Source: Phycisphaera mikurensis NBRC 102666 (lineage in GTDB: Bacteria > Planctomycetota > Phycisphaerae > Phycisphaerales > Phycisphaeraceae). Taken from it: a stretch of DNA of 32,000 nt. The notes beneath the pieces are model-generated. The model was given only the letters and a program-made list of their open reading frames with translations. It searched no databases and was not told the origin of the DNA. The stretch is from contig NC_017080.1 of the NCBI RefSeq assembly GCF_000284115.1, positions 2,520,001 to 2,552,000 of the forward strand, given 5' to 3'. The translations under genes and the position numbers were made by a program. This document shows positions 1-9,000 of the stretch, piece by piece; the stretch's first letter is position 1, and each line of letters opens with the position of its first letter.

Positions 1-1
1 G

Positions 2-910
2 AGCCTGATCGACGCGGGCATCCACTTCGGCCACCGCGCCAACTCGTGGAACCCGAAGATGACGCCGTACATCTTCGGCAAGCGGAACCGCATCCACATC
101 ATCGACGTGAAGGAGACCATCAAGGGCCTCCTGCTGGCCCGCAAGTTCATCACCAAGGAAGTCGCGGCCGGCAAGGACGTGCTCTTCGTGGGCACGAAGC
201 GCCAGGCCCGCTCGATCGTGGAGAGCCACGTCAAGGAGTGCGGGATGCACTACGTGACGGAGCGCTGGCTCGGCGGCACGCTGACGAACTTCTCAACGAT
301 CCGCCAGCGCCTCAAGCGTCTCGAGGAGCTCGAGCAGCTCGAGGAATCCGGTGAGATCGCCAACTACTCCAAGAAGATGGAGGCGACGCTTAACCGGGAG
401 AAGTCCAAGATCAAGCGGAACCTCGAGGGCATCCGCAACATGGGGAAGCTACCCGGCCTCATGGTCATCATCGACGTGAACGCCGAGCAGAACGCCGTGA
501 AGGAAGCCCGCAAGCTGGGCATCCCGATCGTGGCCCTGCTCGACACCGACTCCAACCCCGACGACGCCGACATCGCCATCCCCGGCAACGACGACGCGAT
601 GCGGGCGATCGAGATCGTCGTCGATCAACTCGCCCGGGCCGCCAACGAGGGCCGCGGCAAGCGGCCGCAGTCGGCGCCCTCGGCCGAGGGCATGGTCGAC
701 GGCGACGGCAACCAGGCCCCGGGCGATCCCCGCGGCCCCAAGGGCCCGGGCGGCCGCCGCAGCAACCGCGCCCAGTTCAGCGCGAAGGACACGCCCGGCG
801 AGACGGCCGAGGAGGCCCAGGGCGGCACCGCCGCCGAGCCGATCGACGACGGCAAGGTCGACGGCGCAACCGCCGACAAGCCGGCTCATCAGCCCGCCGC
901 GACGGTCTGA
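2..910 (+). CDS. rpsB: 30S ribosomal protein S2, 5' partial (reading frame enters from the window start), with a ~85-aa low-complexity C-terminal tail
   Basis: The frame starting at nt 2 reads SLIDAGIHFGHRANSWNPKMTPYIFGKRNRIHIIDVKET..., a typical S2 N-terminal core. It continues through VIIDVNAEQNAVKEARKLGIPIVALLDTDSNPD. The stop is TGA at 908-910. The ATG at 59 in the ORF track is internal. tsf lies immediately downstream, the canonical rpsB-tsf order. Confidence 0.95.
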   Translation, partial: SLIDAGIHFGHRANSWNPKMTPYIFGKRNRIHIIDVKETIKGLLLARKFITKEVAAGKDVLFVGTKRQARSIVESHVKECGMHYVTERWLGGTLTNFSTIRQRLKRLEELEQLEESGEIANYSKKMEATLNREKSKIKRNLEGIRNMGKLPGLMVIIDVNAEQNAVKEARKLGIPIVALLDTDSNPDDADIAIPGNDDAMRAIEIVVDQLARAANEGRGKRPQSAPSAEGMVDGDGNQAPGDPRGPKGPGGRRSNRAQFSAKDTPGETAEEAQGGTAAEPIDDGKVDGATADKPAHQPAATV

Positions 911-946
911 GCCCCGGACGCTGCCGAGTCTGAACCCCAAGCATCC

Positions 947-982
947 GCCGCGGGCCCGGTCGACGCCGGGCCGGCGGCTTTT
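947..982 (+). terminator. Intrinsic-terminator-like hairpin (possible attenuator) between rpsB and tsf
   Basis: Hand-folded. Positions 947-951 pair with 974-978 (5 bp). There is a 1x1 mismatch at 952/973. Positions 953-959 pair with 966-972 (7 bp). The loop is 960-965. The run TTTT (979-982) follows immediately. The hairpin lies 37 nt after the rpsB stop and 50 nt before the tsf ATG. Confidence 0.45.
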
Positions 983-1033
983 CTGCCGCAGGGCAGAGCC
1001 TTCCCACGAACCCCAAGACAGGAGTCCCTCCCC

Positions 1034-1858
<825 letters not shown>

Positions 1859-1904
1859 GGACGGGGCCGTCGCGGGTCGATGCTTCTCACGAGCAGGACC
1901 GACC

Positions 1905-1969
1905 GCAGATGCCCGCAGATCGAAGGGCAGATGGAAGGGCAGGTGGGAGAGCAGATGAGATGAAGCAGG
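1905..1969. repeat. Degenerate purine-rich repeat cluster (GCAGATG heptamers; four ~12-bp units GAAGGGCAGATG-like)
   Basis: GCAGATG or GCAGAT occurs at 1905, 1915, 1927 and 1951, and GCAGG at 1939 and 1965. The 12-bp phasing is 1922-1933, 1934-1945, 1946-1957 and 1958-1969. The cluster lies in the 290-bp tsf-ilvE intergenic region. Confidence 0.5.
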
Positions 1970-2148
1970 CCTCCTCGGAGCTCCCGCTGCAGTCCGTCCC
2001 CCCTCCTCGATCTCGGAGGTTGAAGCAGTCGTCCGAGCCTTGCGGCTGCTCCAACCGCGGCGGGATGCTCGGGTCTGGTCTGCTCTTTGCTCGGCGTGCA
2101 TCTGCGGCACCGTCCCGTGCACGCTCAGAGCGCCGGTAGTCTTCCGAC

Positions 2149-3090
2149 GTGAGTGACAACGCCCCAACAGAGCCGCTGGAGACCGCCGATCCGCTGTCGG
2201 CGTACGCCAATCGGTACGTGTGGATCGACGGCGACCTGAAGCCGGCCGCGGAGGCGACGGTCAGCGTGTTCGACCACGGCGTGCTCTACGGGGACGGGGT
2301 CTTCGAGGGCATCCGCTTCTACGGCGGCCGCGTGCTCAAGCTCAGGACGCACGTGGCGCGGCTGTTCGAGTCGGCGCGGGCGATCCGGTTGGCGTTGCCG
2401 TACACGCCGGAGCAGCTGGAGGAGGCGACGCGGCGGACGGTCGCGAAGAACGCGCTCTCCGACGGCTACATCCGCCTGGTGGCGACCCGCGGCGCAGGAA
2501 CGCTGGGCCTGAACCCCTTCCAGTGCCCGCGCCCCTGCGTCTACATCATCGCCGCGAGCATCCAGCTCTATCCGGCGTCGCTCTACGAGACGGGCTTGGA
2601 GGTGGTGAGCAGCTCGGTGATGCGGAACCACCCGCAGGCGCTCTCGCCGCGGATCAAGAGCCTCAACTACCTCAACAACATCCTCGCGAAGATCGAGGCG
2701 ATCGACCGGGGCGTGCTGGAGGCGGTGATGTACAACCCCACCGGCCACGTGGCGGAATGCACCGGCGACAACGTCTTCCTCGTCCGCGAGCGCGACGGCG
2801 AGCGCGTGCTGTTCACCCCGCCGCTGTCGGCGGGGGCGCTGGAGGGCATCACGATGAACCTGGTGATCCGCCTCGCCCAGGAAGCGGGCTTCGCCGTCGT
2901 CCGCGAGAACCTCACCCGCCACGACCTCTACACCGCGGAAGAGTTCTTCCTGACCGGCACCGCGGCGGAAGTCATCCCCGTGAAGAGCATCGACGGCCGC
3001 GTCATCGGCGACGGGAGCCCCGGGCCGATCACGCGGAAGCTCATCGCGGCCTTCCGCAAGCTGATCGCCGACGGGGTGCCGGAGGATTGA
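2149..3090 (+). CDS. ilvE: Class IV (fold type IV) aminotransferase, most likely branched-chain amino acid aminotransferase
   Basis: The start is GTG. Family-typical blocks are present: VFDHGVLYGDGVFEGIRFY, YIRLVATRGAGTLGLNP, IKSLNYLNNILAKIEA, ECTGDNVFLV, LEGITMN and EEFFLTGTAAEVIPV. I cannot separate BCAT from D-amino-acid aminotransferase by eye. Confidence 0.8.
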   Translation: MSDNAPTEPLETADPLSAYANRYVWIDGDLKPAAEATVSVFDHGVLYGDGVFEGIRFYGGRVLKLRTHVARLFESARAIRLALPYTPEQLEEATRRTVAKNALSDGYIRLVATRGAGTLGLNPFQCPRPCVYIIAASIQLYPASLYETGLEVVSSSVMRNHPQALSPRIKSLNYLNNILAKIEAIDRGVLEAVMYNPTGHVAECTGDNVFLVRERDGERVLFTPPLSAGALEGITMNLVIRLAQEAGFAVVRENLTRHDLYTAEEFFLTGTAAEVIPVKSIDGRVIGDGSPGPITRKLIAAFRKLIADGVPED

Positions 3091-3152
3091 GCCCGCGCGG
3101 GGGCAACCCCCCGCTCGGTCGCGAAGGCGCGAAGGGAAGCAGGGGCGAGAAT

Positions 3153-3178
3153 GGCCCCGGCCCCGGCCCCGGCCCCGG
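3153..3178. repeat. GGCCCC hexanucleotide microsatellite, 4 full copies (GGGGCC on the minus strand)
   Basis: Read directly: ggcccc x4 at 3153-3176 plus a partial copy. It lies in the ilvE-truD intergenic region. Confidence 0.85.
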
Positions 3179-3337
3179 CCGGACCGCGGATCGCCGGCTC
3201 CGAGGGCTTCATTCCGACACGGTCCGCGGAGGTTGTCGCGCATCCGCGCGGCGCGGGCCAGAGGGCGGGGCTCGCTCCCGCTCCCTCCGCGCCTTCCGCT
3301 CCTGCGCGACGCGCGGAGCGCTGCTCCCGAAACGCTC

Positions 3338-4657
3338 ATGAATGCGAATCCCTCCCACGTCCCGATGCTGACCGCCGACCTGCCCGGGACCGGGGGGGTC
3401 CTCAAGGAGCGGCCCGAGGACTTCACGGTCGACGAGCAGCCGCTGTACGAGCCCTCGGGCGCGGGCGAGCACCTGTACCTGTTCGTGGAGAAGCGGGAGG
3501 CGACGACGGCGCAGGCGATCAAGGCGGTGGCGAAGGCCTTCCGCGTGCCGCAGCGGGCGATCGGGCACGCGGGGCTCAAGGACAAGCACGCGGTGACGCG
3601 GCAGCACCTCTCGGTGTGGCTGCCGGGCCCGCCGGACCCGACCGCGGAGGAGGCCTGCATCGCCCGGGTGAACCACCACCCCAAGCTGCACGTGCACTGG
3701 GCGGAACGGCACGGGAACAAGCTGAGGCGTGGGCACCACGGCGGCAACCGCTTCGGCATCAAGATCCGCGGCGTGGGACCGGCGGCGGTGCTGCGGGCCC
3801 GGCCGATCCTCGACCGGATCGCCGAGCGGGGGCTGCCCAACGCGGTGGGGCCGCAGCGCTTCGGCTTCCGCGGGAACGCCCACACGCTCGGGAAGCTCCT
3901 GCTCCAGAACGACCCGGACGCCTTCCTCGCGGAGCTGCTCGGCGTGGACGGCGTGCAGGAGAATCCGCGGCTGACCGCGGCGCGGGCGGCCTACCGGCGT
4001 GGCGATCTCGTCGCGGCGATTGAGGGATGGCCCAAGAGCCTGCCGCACGAGCGGCAGGCGCTGGACAACCTGCGGCAGGGGCACACGCCCGAGCGTGCCG
4101 TCCGGGCCCTCGCGCGGACGCAGCGGGACTTCCTCGCGTCGGCGCTGCAATCGGCGGTGTTCAACCGCGTGCTCGCCCGCCGGCTGAACGCGGGCACGTG
4201 GGACCGGCTCATCGACGGCGATCTCGCATGGAAGCACGAGAACCGGGCGACCTTCCCGGTGGACGCGGCGGTGGCGGCGACCGAGAACGCCGAAGGCGGA
4301 CGCGTCGGCGGGTTCGCCGTCTCGCCTTCGGGCCCGCTGCCCGGGCCGGACTGCCAGCCGGCGGAGCGGGAGGCGTTGGCGGTGGAGGACGCGGCCCTCG
4401 CCGAGCTGGATCTGGAGCGGTCGCTCTTCGACGGCGGGACCCCGCTCGCGGACGCGGGCGGCGCCCGGCGGCCGCTGCGGGTGCCGGTGGGCGACGTCAC
4501 GTACGCGGCGGGCGGCGACGAGCACGGGCCCTACCTGTCGGTCAGCTTCGAGCTCGGCCGCGGCGTCTACGCGACGGCCGTCATGGCCGAGGTGATGAAG
4601 AACGCCGAGCCGGGCGGCGAGAGCGGCGTCGCCGCTCAGCTCTCGCAGCCAGCCTGA
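3338..4657 (+). CDS. truD: tRNA pseudouridine(13) synthase TruD
   Basis: TruD-typical blocks are present: LKERPEDFTVDE, GEHLYLFVEKREATT, IGHAGLKDKHAVTRQ (catalytic Asp context) and NAVGPQRFG. I place the start at ATG 3338 (MNANPSH...) rather than the track start at 3233, whose N-terminal 35 aa are Arg/Pro-rich. The last ~12 codons and the TGA stop (4655-4657) lie inside the first tandem-repeat unit. Confidence 0.85.
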   Translation: MNANPSHVPMLTADLPGTGGVLKERPEDFTVDEQPLYEPSGAGEHLYLFVEKREATTAQAIKAVAKAFRVPQRAIGHAGLKDKHAVTRQHLSVWLPGPPDPTAEEACIARVNHHPKLHVHWAERHGNKLRRGHHGGNRFGIKIRGVGPAAVLRARPILDRIAERGLPNAVGPQRFGFRGNAHTLGKLLLQNDPDAFLAELLGVDGVQENPRLTAARAAYRRGDLVAAIEGWPKSLPHERQALDNLRQGHTPERAVRALARTQRDFLASALQSAVFNRVLARRLNAGTWDRLIDGDLAWKHENRATFPVDAAVAATENAEGGRVGGFAVSPSGPLPGPDCQPAEREALAVEDAALAELDLERSLFDGGTPLADAGGARRPLRVPVGDVTYAAGGDEHGPYLSVSFELGRGVYATAVMAEVMKNAEPGGESGVAAQLSQPA

Positions 4658-5300
4658 CCGAGGTAGTTGCGTGGCGACGCCACGCTGTCCGGGTCGCGAT
4701 CCGGCTCCTTCGCGCACAAGCAGACAGAGCGGCGTCGCCGCTCAGCTCTCGCAGCCAGCCTGGCCGCGGTAGCTGCGTGGCGACGCCACGCTGTCCGCGT
4801 CGCGACCCGGCTCCTTCGCGCACAAGCCAGACAGAGCGGCGTCGCCGCTCAGCTCTCGCAGCCAGCCTGGCCGCGGTAGCTGCGTGGCGACGCCACGCTG
4901 TCCGGGTCGCGATCCAGCTTCTTCGCGCACAAGCAGACAGAGCGGCGTCGCCGCTCAGCTCTCGAAGCCAGCCCTTGGCCGCGGTAGCTGCGTGGCGACG
5001 CCACGCTGTCCGGGTCGCGATCCAGCTTCTTCGCGCACAAGCAGACAGAGCGGCGTCGCCGCTCAGCTCTCGAAGCCAGCCCTTGGCCGCGGTAGCTGCG
5101 TGGCGACGCCACGCTGTCCGGGCCGCGATCCAGCTCCTTCGCGCACAAGCAGACAGAGCGGCGTCGCCGCTCAGCTCTCGGAGCCAGCCTGGCCGCGCTA
5201 GCTGCGTGGCGACGCCACGCTGTCCGAGTCGCGATCCGGCTCCTTCGCGCACAAGGCAGACAGAGCGGCGTCGCCGCTCCGCTCTCGCAGCCAGTCTGTT
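4621..5300. repeat. Tandem array of about 6.4 copies of a ~107-bp unit containing conserved palindromic hairpins
   Basis: Unit starts (GAGCGGCGTC...) are at 4621, 4727, 4834, 4940, 5048, 5156 and 5263, giving periods 106, 107, 106, 108, 108 and 107. The seventh copy is truncated near 5300. Every full unit carries GAGCGGCG-T-CGCCGCTC and GCGTGGCG-A-CGCCACGC unchanged. Confidence 0.95.
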
Positions 5301-5453
5301 TGCGATTGCGGCCCGTTCGATCGACTTTCGACGTCTTGGGCGTCGCGTCAACCGGTCGCCGCTCTCCACCAATCCGAGGGGCTTCCCGTCAGCCAGGCTG
5401 CGCGCCGCGTTTCGGTGGACCGGTGGAGAGGCCGTGCCCGGTAACCCGCGGCG

Positions 5454-5846
5454 TCAGCCCACCGTGGTCCCGGGCGGCAGGTCGCCGTCGAAGCCGGCGA
5501 GCCGGAGGTCGTCGCCGTCGCCGCCGGCGAGCAGCATGCCGTTGCTCATCTGCCCCCGGATCTTCCGCGGGGCGAGGTTGGCGACGATGACGATCTGCCG
5601 GCCGACGAGGGCCGCGGGCTCGAACCTGCCCCGGATGCCGGCGCAGATCTGGCGGGTTTGGCCCTCGCCGGCGTCGACCTGCAGCACGAGCAGGCGGTCG
5701 GCGTCGGGGTGCTCGGCGGCCTCGCGGATGGTCGCGACGCGCAGGTCGAGCTTGAGGAAGTCCTCGAAGCTGGCTTCTAGCTTGATCGCGGGCGGGGCGG
5801 GGGCGGCCTCGGCGGGCGTGGCGGTGTCGGGCGGCGTCTCGGGCAT
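5454..5846 (-). CDS. tRNA-binding domain protein (CsaA / Trbp111 / MetRS C-terminal-domain-like)
   Basis: The 130-aa protein contains FLKLDLRVATIREAAEHPDADRLLVLQVDAGEGQTRQICAGIRGRFEPAALVGRQIVIVANLAPRKIRGQMSNGMLLA, the OB-fold tRNA-binding domain pattern (KLDLRVG..., VCG..., GML). Confidence 0.8.
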   Translation of the reverse strand: MPETPPDTATPAEAAPAPPAIKLEASFEDFLKLDLRVATIREAAEHPDADRLLVLQVDAGEGQTRQICAGIRGRFEPAALVGRQIVIVANLAPRKIRGQMSNGMLLAGGDGDDLRLAGFDGDLPPGTTVG

Positions 5847-6007
5847 GGGGGCTTGGGCCTCGGGGGCGGGCGGAGCGGGTCGACCTTATCGGCATCGGCG
5901 CGGCCCGGATCTACGCTAGGGCCCTCCAAGGGGCCTCCCGCCACCCGCAAGCCCGCCCGGAGGCGGAACGGTGCCGGGGGGCCCCAAGGCCGTGCCGACC
6001 GCTTCCG

Positions 6008-9000
6008 ATGCAGCCGCCCGCCCCCGCTCCCGCCGCCCCGGAAGACGCGCCCGCCCGGCGGCGACGCTGGCCGCGCCGCCTCGCCTGGTCGGCGTTGACG
6101 CTGGCAACGCTGGGGATCGTCGCGGCGTCGGTGCTCACGCGGCCCGCGGTGCTCACGCCGCTGGTGCGGGGCCAGCTGGCCGGCGCGTTGCGGGCGGAGG
6201 TGGCGCTGGACCGGGCGACGCTGAGCCTCGGCGGCGTGCTCACGCTGCACGGGCTCGGCGTCGCCTTGCCCGAGGACGCGGTGCCCGAGGGCGAGCCCGA
6301 GGCGGCGGAGTACCGGCGGCTCCTGAACCTCAAGAGGCTGACGCTCCGCATCGGGCGTCGGGACCTGCTCCGCGGGCGGGTGAACCTCGAGCGGATCGAG
6401 GTGGCCGGGCCGACGCTGCACGCGGTGCTGGAGGGGCCCGAGGGCACGTCGAACCTGCGGGCCTGGGCGGACCGCTTCCGCGACGGCCGGCCGCACGACG
6501 ACGACGGCGGGCCGGTGGTTCTGCCCCCGGAGATCTTCGTGCGGGACGCGGCGCTGGAGCTGGTGCAGCTCGACGCCGGCGGCGCGCCCGGTGGCGTCGC
6601 CGAGGTGGTGGCGCGGCACCGATTGGGCTTCGACGGGACGGTCATCCCGCAGGGCACCGGCCTCGGCGCGAAGCTGGCCTTCGAGCTGACCGGCCGGGCG
6701 GCTCCGGGCTCGGCGGCCGCGCCGGGCACGGAGGTCTCGGGGAGCTGGACGCCCGCGCGGCAGGAGCTCGTGCTCTCGGTCGAACGGATGGACCTCGCGA
6801 GCCCGCTGGGCCTGCTGATGCCCCCCGCCGTCCGCGCGCTCTGGCGGGATCTGGACCCGGCCGGTGCGCTGCCGGCGCTCACGCTGGAGACGCGGCTGGA
6901 CCGCACCGGCACCGAGCGGCTGCAGCGGGCGCGGCTGGAGGTCGCCGGCCTGTCCTTCCGCCTGCCGCTCGCCTCGCTGGAGCTGCTGCCCGAGGGCGAG
7001 TCGCAGCGGGACGCGCCGCGGATGTCCAGCGTCAGCGGGAGCGTGGTGCTCGAGGACGGCCGCATCGCGAGCGACGGCCTCTCCGGGCAGATCGAGGGCA
7101 TCCGGGTGCGGATCGCCGGATCGGCCGACTTGGAGGAGGGCGGCGGCGTTGCGCTGGTGGCGGAGACGGAGCCCTTCGAGGTGCCGGCGACGCCGCCGCT
7201 GCTCTTCCGCCTGCCGGGGTTGATCTCGCAGATCTACGAGGAGTACCGGCCCTCGGGCCGCTTCGCGGCGCGGGTGGAGGTGACGCGGGAGGCCGGCGGC
7301 CCCGTGGGCATCGACGGCCGCGTCCGGGCGATCGACGCGCGTGCCGTCTTCCACGCCTTCCCTTTCCCGCTGCAGGGCCTGGAGGGCGAGCTGCTGCTCG
7401 ACCGCGACACGCTGCGGATCCGCGGGCTCTCCGCGAGCGGCCCCACCGGCGGCCGCGTCGTGCTCGACGGCGACATCACCCAGCCCGGCCCGGACGCGGG
7501 CATCGACCTGAGCATCCGCGTAGAAGACGTGCCGCTGGACGCCACGCTGCTCGCGGCGATGGACCCGGACCTCCGCGAGCGGATCCGCGGGTTCTTCGAC
7601 GCCGCTTCGGCGCAGCGGCTGGCCGACGCCTCGCCGGAGGCGGAAGCGCCCTTCGATCCCGGCGGCCGGCTCCGCGGCGTGGTGCGGGTGCTGCGCGACA
7701 CGGCGATCCGGCCGAGGAGCTGGATCGAGCTGGACCTCGATCCCGAGGGCCTCCGCGTGATGCTGCCCGAGTTCGCTTACCCGCTGACGGTCCGCTCGGG
7801 GAGCGTCCGCACGGGGGCTGAGGAGGTCCGGCTGAACGACCTCGTCGTCACCGGGCCCACCGGGGGCGCCGGGGTCATCCGCGGCCGTGTGGGGCTGGGC
7901 GAGGCGGACCGGCCCGCGCGGATCGACATCCGGCTCGTGGACTTCTCGCTGCCGGTGGACCGGCACCTGCTCGGCGCGCTCGACGCCGACGCCGCCGCGT
8001 GGTTGCGGCGGCTGGGCGTCCGGGGCCGGATCGTGGGGGGCGGGCTGGTGGGTTCCGCGGCCGTGCGGCCGCGGGCGGGCGATCCCAGCCCGGCGGAGCC
8101 GGTCGACGCGGAGCGGCTGAGGCTCCAGCTGGACCTGCGGCTGGTCGACGGGCGCGCCGGGCTGTGGGGGAACGAGGCGACGCTGACCGGGCTGGAGGCG
8201 GAGGCGCGGGTGACGCGGGACGTGCTGCGTCTCGACCGGCTGCGTGCGGACTGGCCCGGCGGCGGGAGCTTCACCGGCGAGGGCCGCATCGAGATCCCCA
8301 GCGGCCGCCTGCGGCTCGACATCGAGGCGGACGACGTGCGCTTCGACGCGGCGGTGGCCCGCATGATCCCCCCGGAGTCGCCGGCGCGGGCGGCGGCGCT
8401 GGACTTCTTCGCGACCTACGACCTGAGCGGAACGGCCGACGGCAACCTCTTGCTGCGGACACGCGACGCGGCGGGCGACGGGGAAGCAACCCTCGACGTC
8501 GCCCTCGACGTCCGGCCGACGGCGGTGGCGGCCCGCTACGGCGGCCGCCGGGTCGCTATCGGCGCGGTCACCGGCCGCGTCGCGATCGACGAGGACGCCG
8601 CGACGCTCGCCGGCCTCTCCGGTGCAACGCCCACCGGCAGCGTCGGCGTCTCCGGGCGTGTGCCCTTCAACGAGGTCGACCCGGCGTGGCTGCGGATCGA
8701 TGCGCAAGGCGACACCGCCGACCCGGTCCTGCTCGCCTTCACGCCGGCCGCGGTGCGGGACGCCGCCGCGGGCGTCGGGCTCGGCGGCGGGGTGCGGCTC
8801 GAGGACGCGACGCTGCGGCTGGGCCCGACGCCGGCCGACGCCCCGCCGGACGCGACGCTCCCGTTCGCCTTCGAGGGCGGCGTGGTGCTCACCGACGCGA
8901 CGGCCACGCTGGGCGTGCCGATCGCGGAGGCCGGCGTCGCCGCACGGGTGCGTGCGGTGGGCGGGGGCGCGGAGCCCTGGCCCGACATCAAGCTCCTGGT

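Noticed and set aside
3181-3230. Possible extra REP-like copy (GGACCGCGGA ... GGTCCGCGGA)
   Set aside because: The two segments are direct repeats, not inverted. Only the self-complementary CCGCGG hexamer could pair. They do not share the family core.
4621-5300. Possible CRISPR array, suggested by regularly spaced palindromic repeats
   Set aside because: The segments between the palindromes are themselves repeated nearly identically, so there are no unique spacers. The period is about 107 bp for the whole unit. No cas genes are nearby. This is a tandem repeat, not a CRISPR array.
5300-5345. tRNA-like T-loop string (GTTCGATC) just downstream of the tandem array
   Set aside because: The flanking bases do not form a T-stem (GGCCC versus CGAC). 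No acceptor, D or anticodon arms could be built.
4581-5372. Repeat-containing ORFs across the tandem array (for example 263 aa on the minus strand, 105 aa on the plus strand at 4884-5201, and the 630-aa ORF 4027-5919)
   Set aside because: Unit lengths vary (106, 107, 108 nt), so the repeated peptide changes frame between units. The ORFs stay open only because stop codons are rare at this GC content. The compositions are Arg/Ala/Ser-rich and not protein-like.
5403-5453. Possible degenerate REP-like copy after the tRNA-binding protein stop (CGCCGCG ... CGCGGCG)
   Set aside because: Only a 7-bp outer stem plus a 5-bp ACCGG/CCGGT inner pairing could be built. The family core is interrupted, so the evidence is too weak to call.
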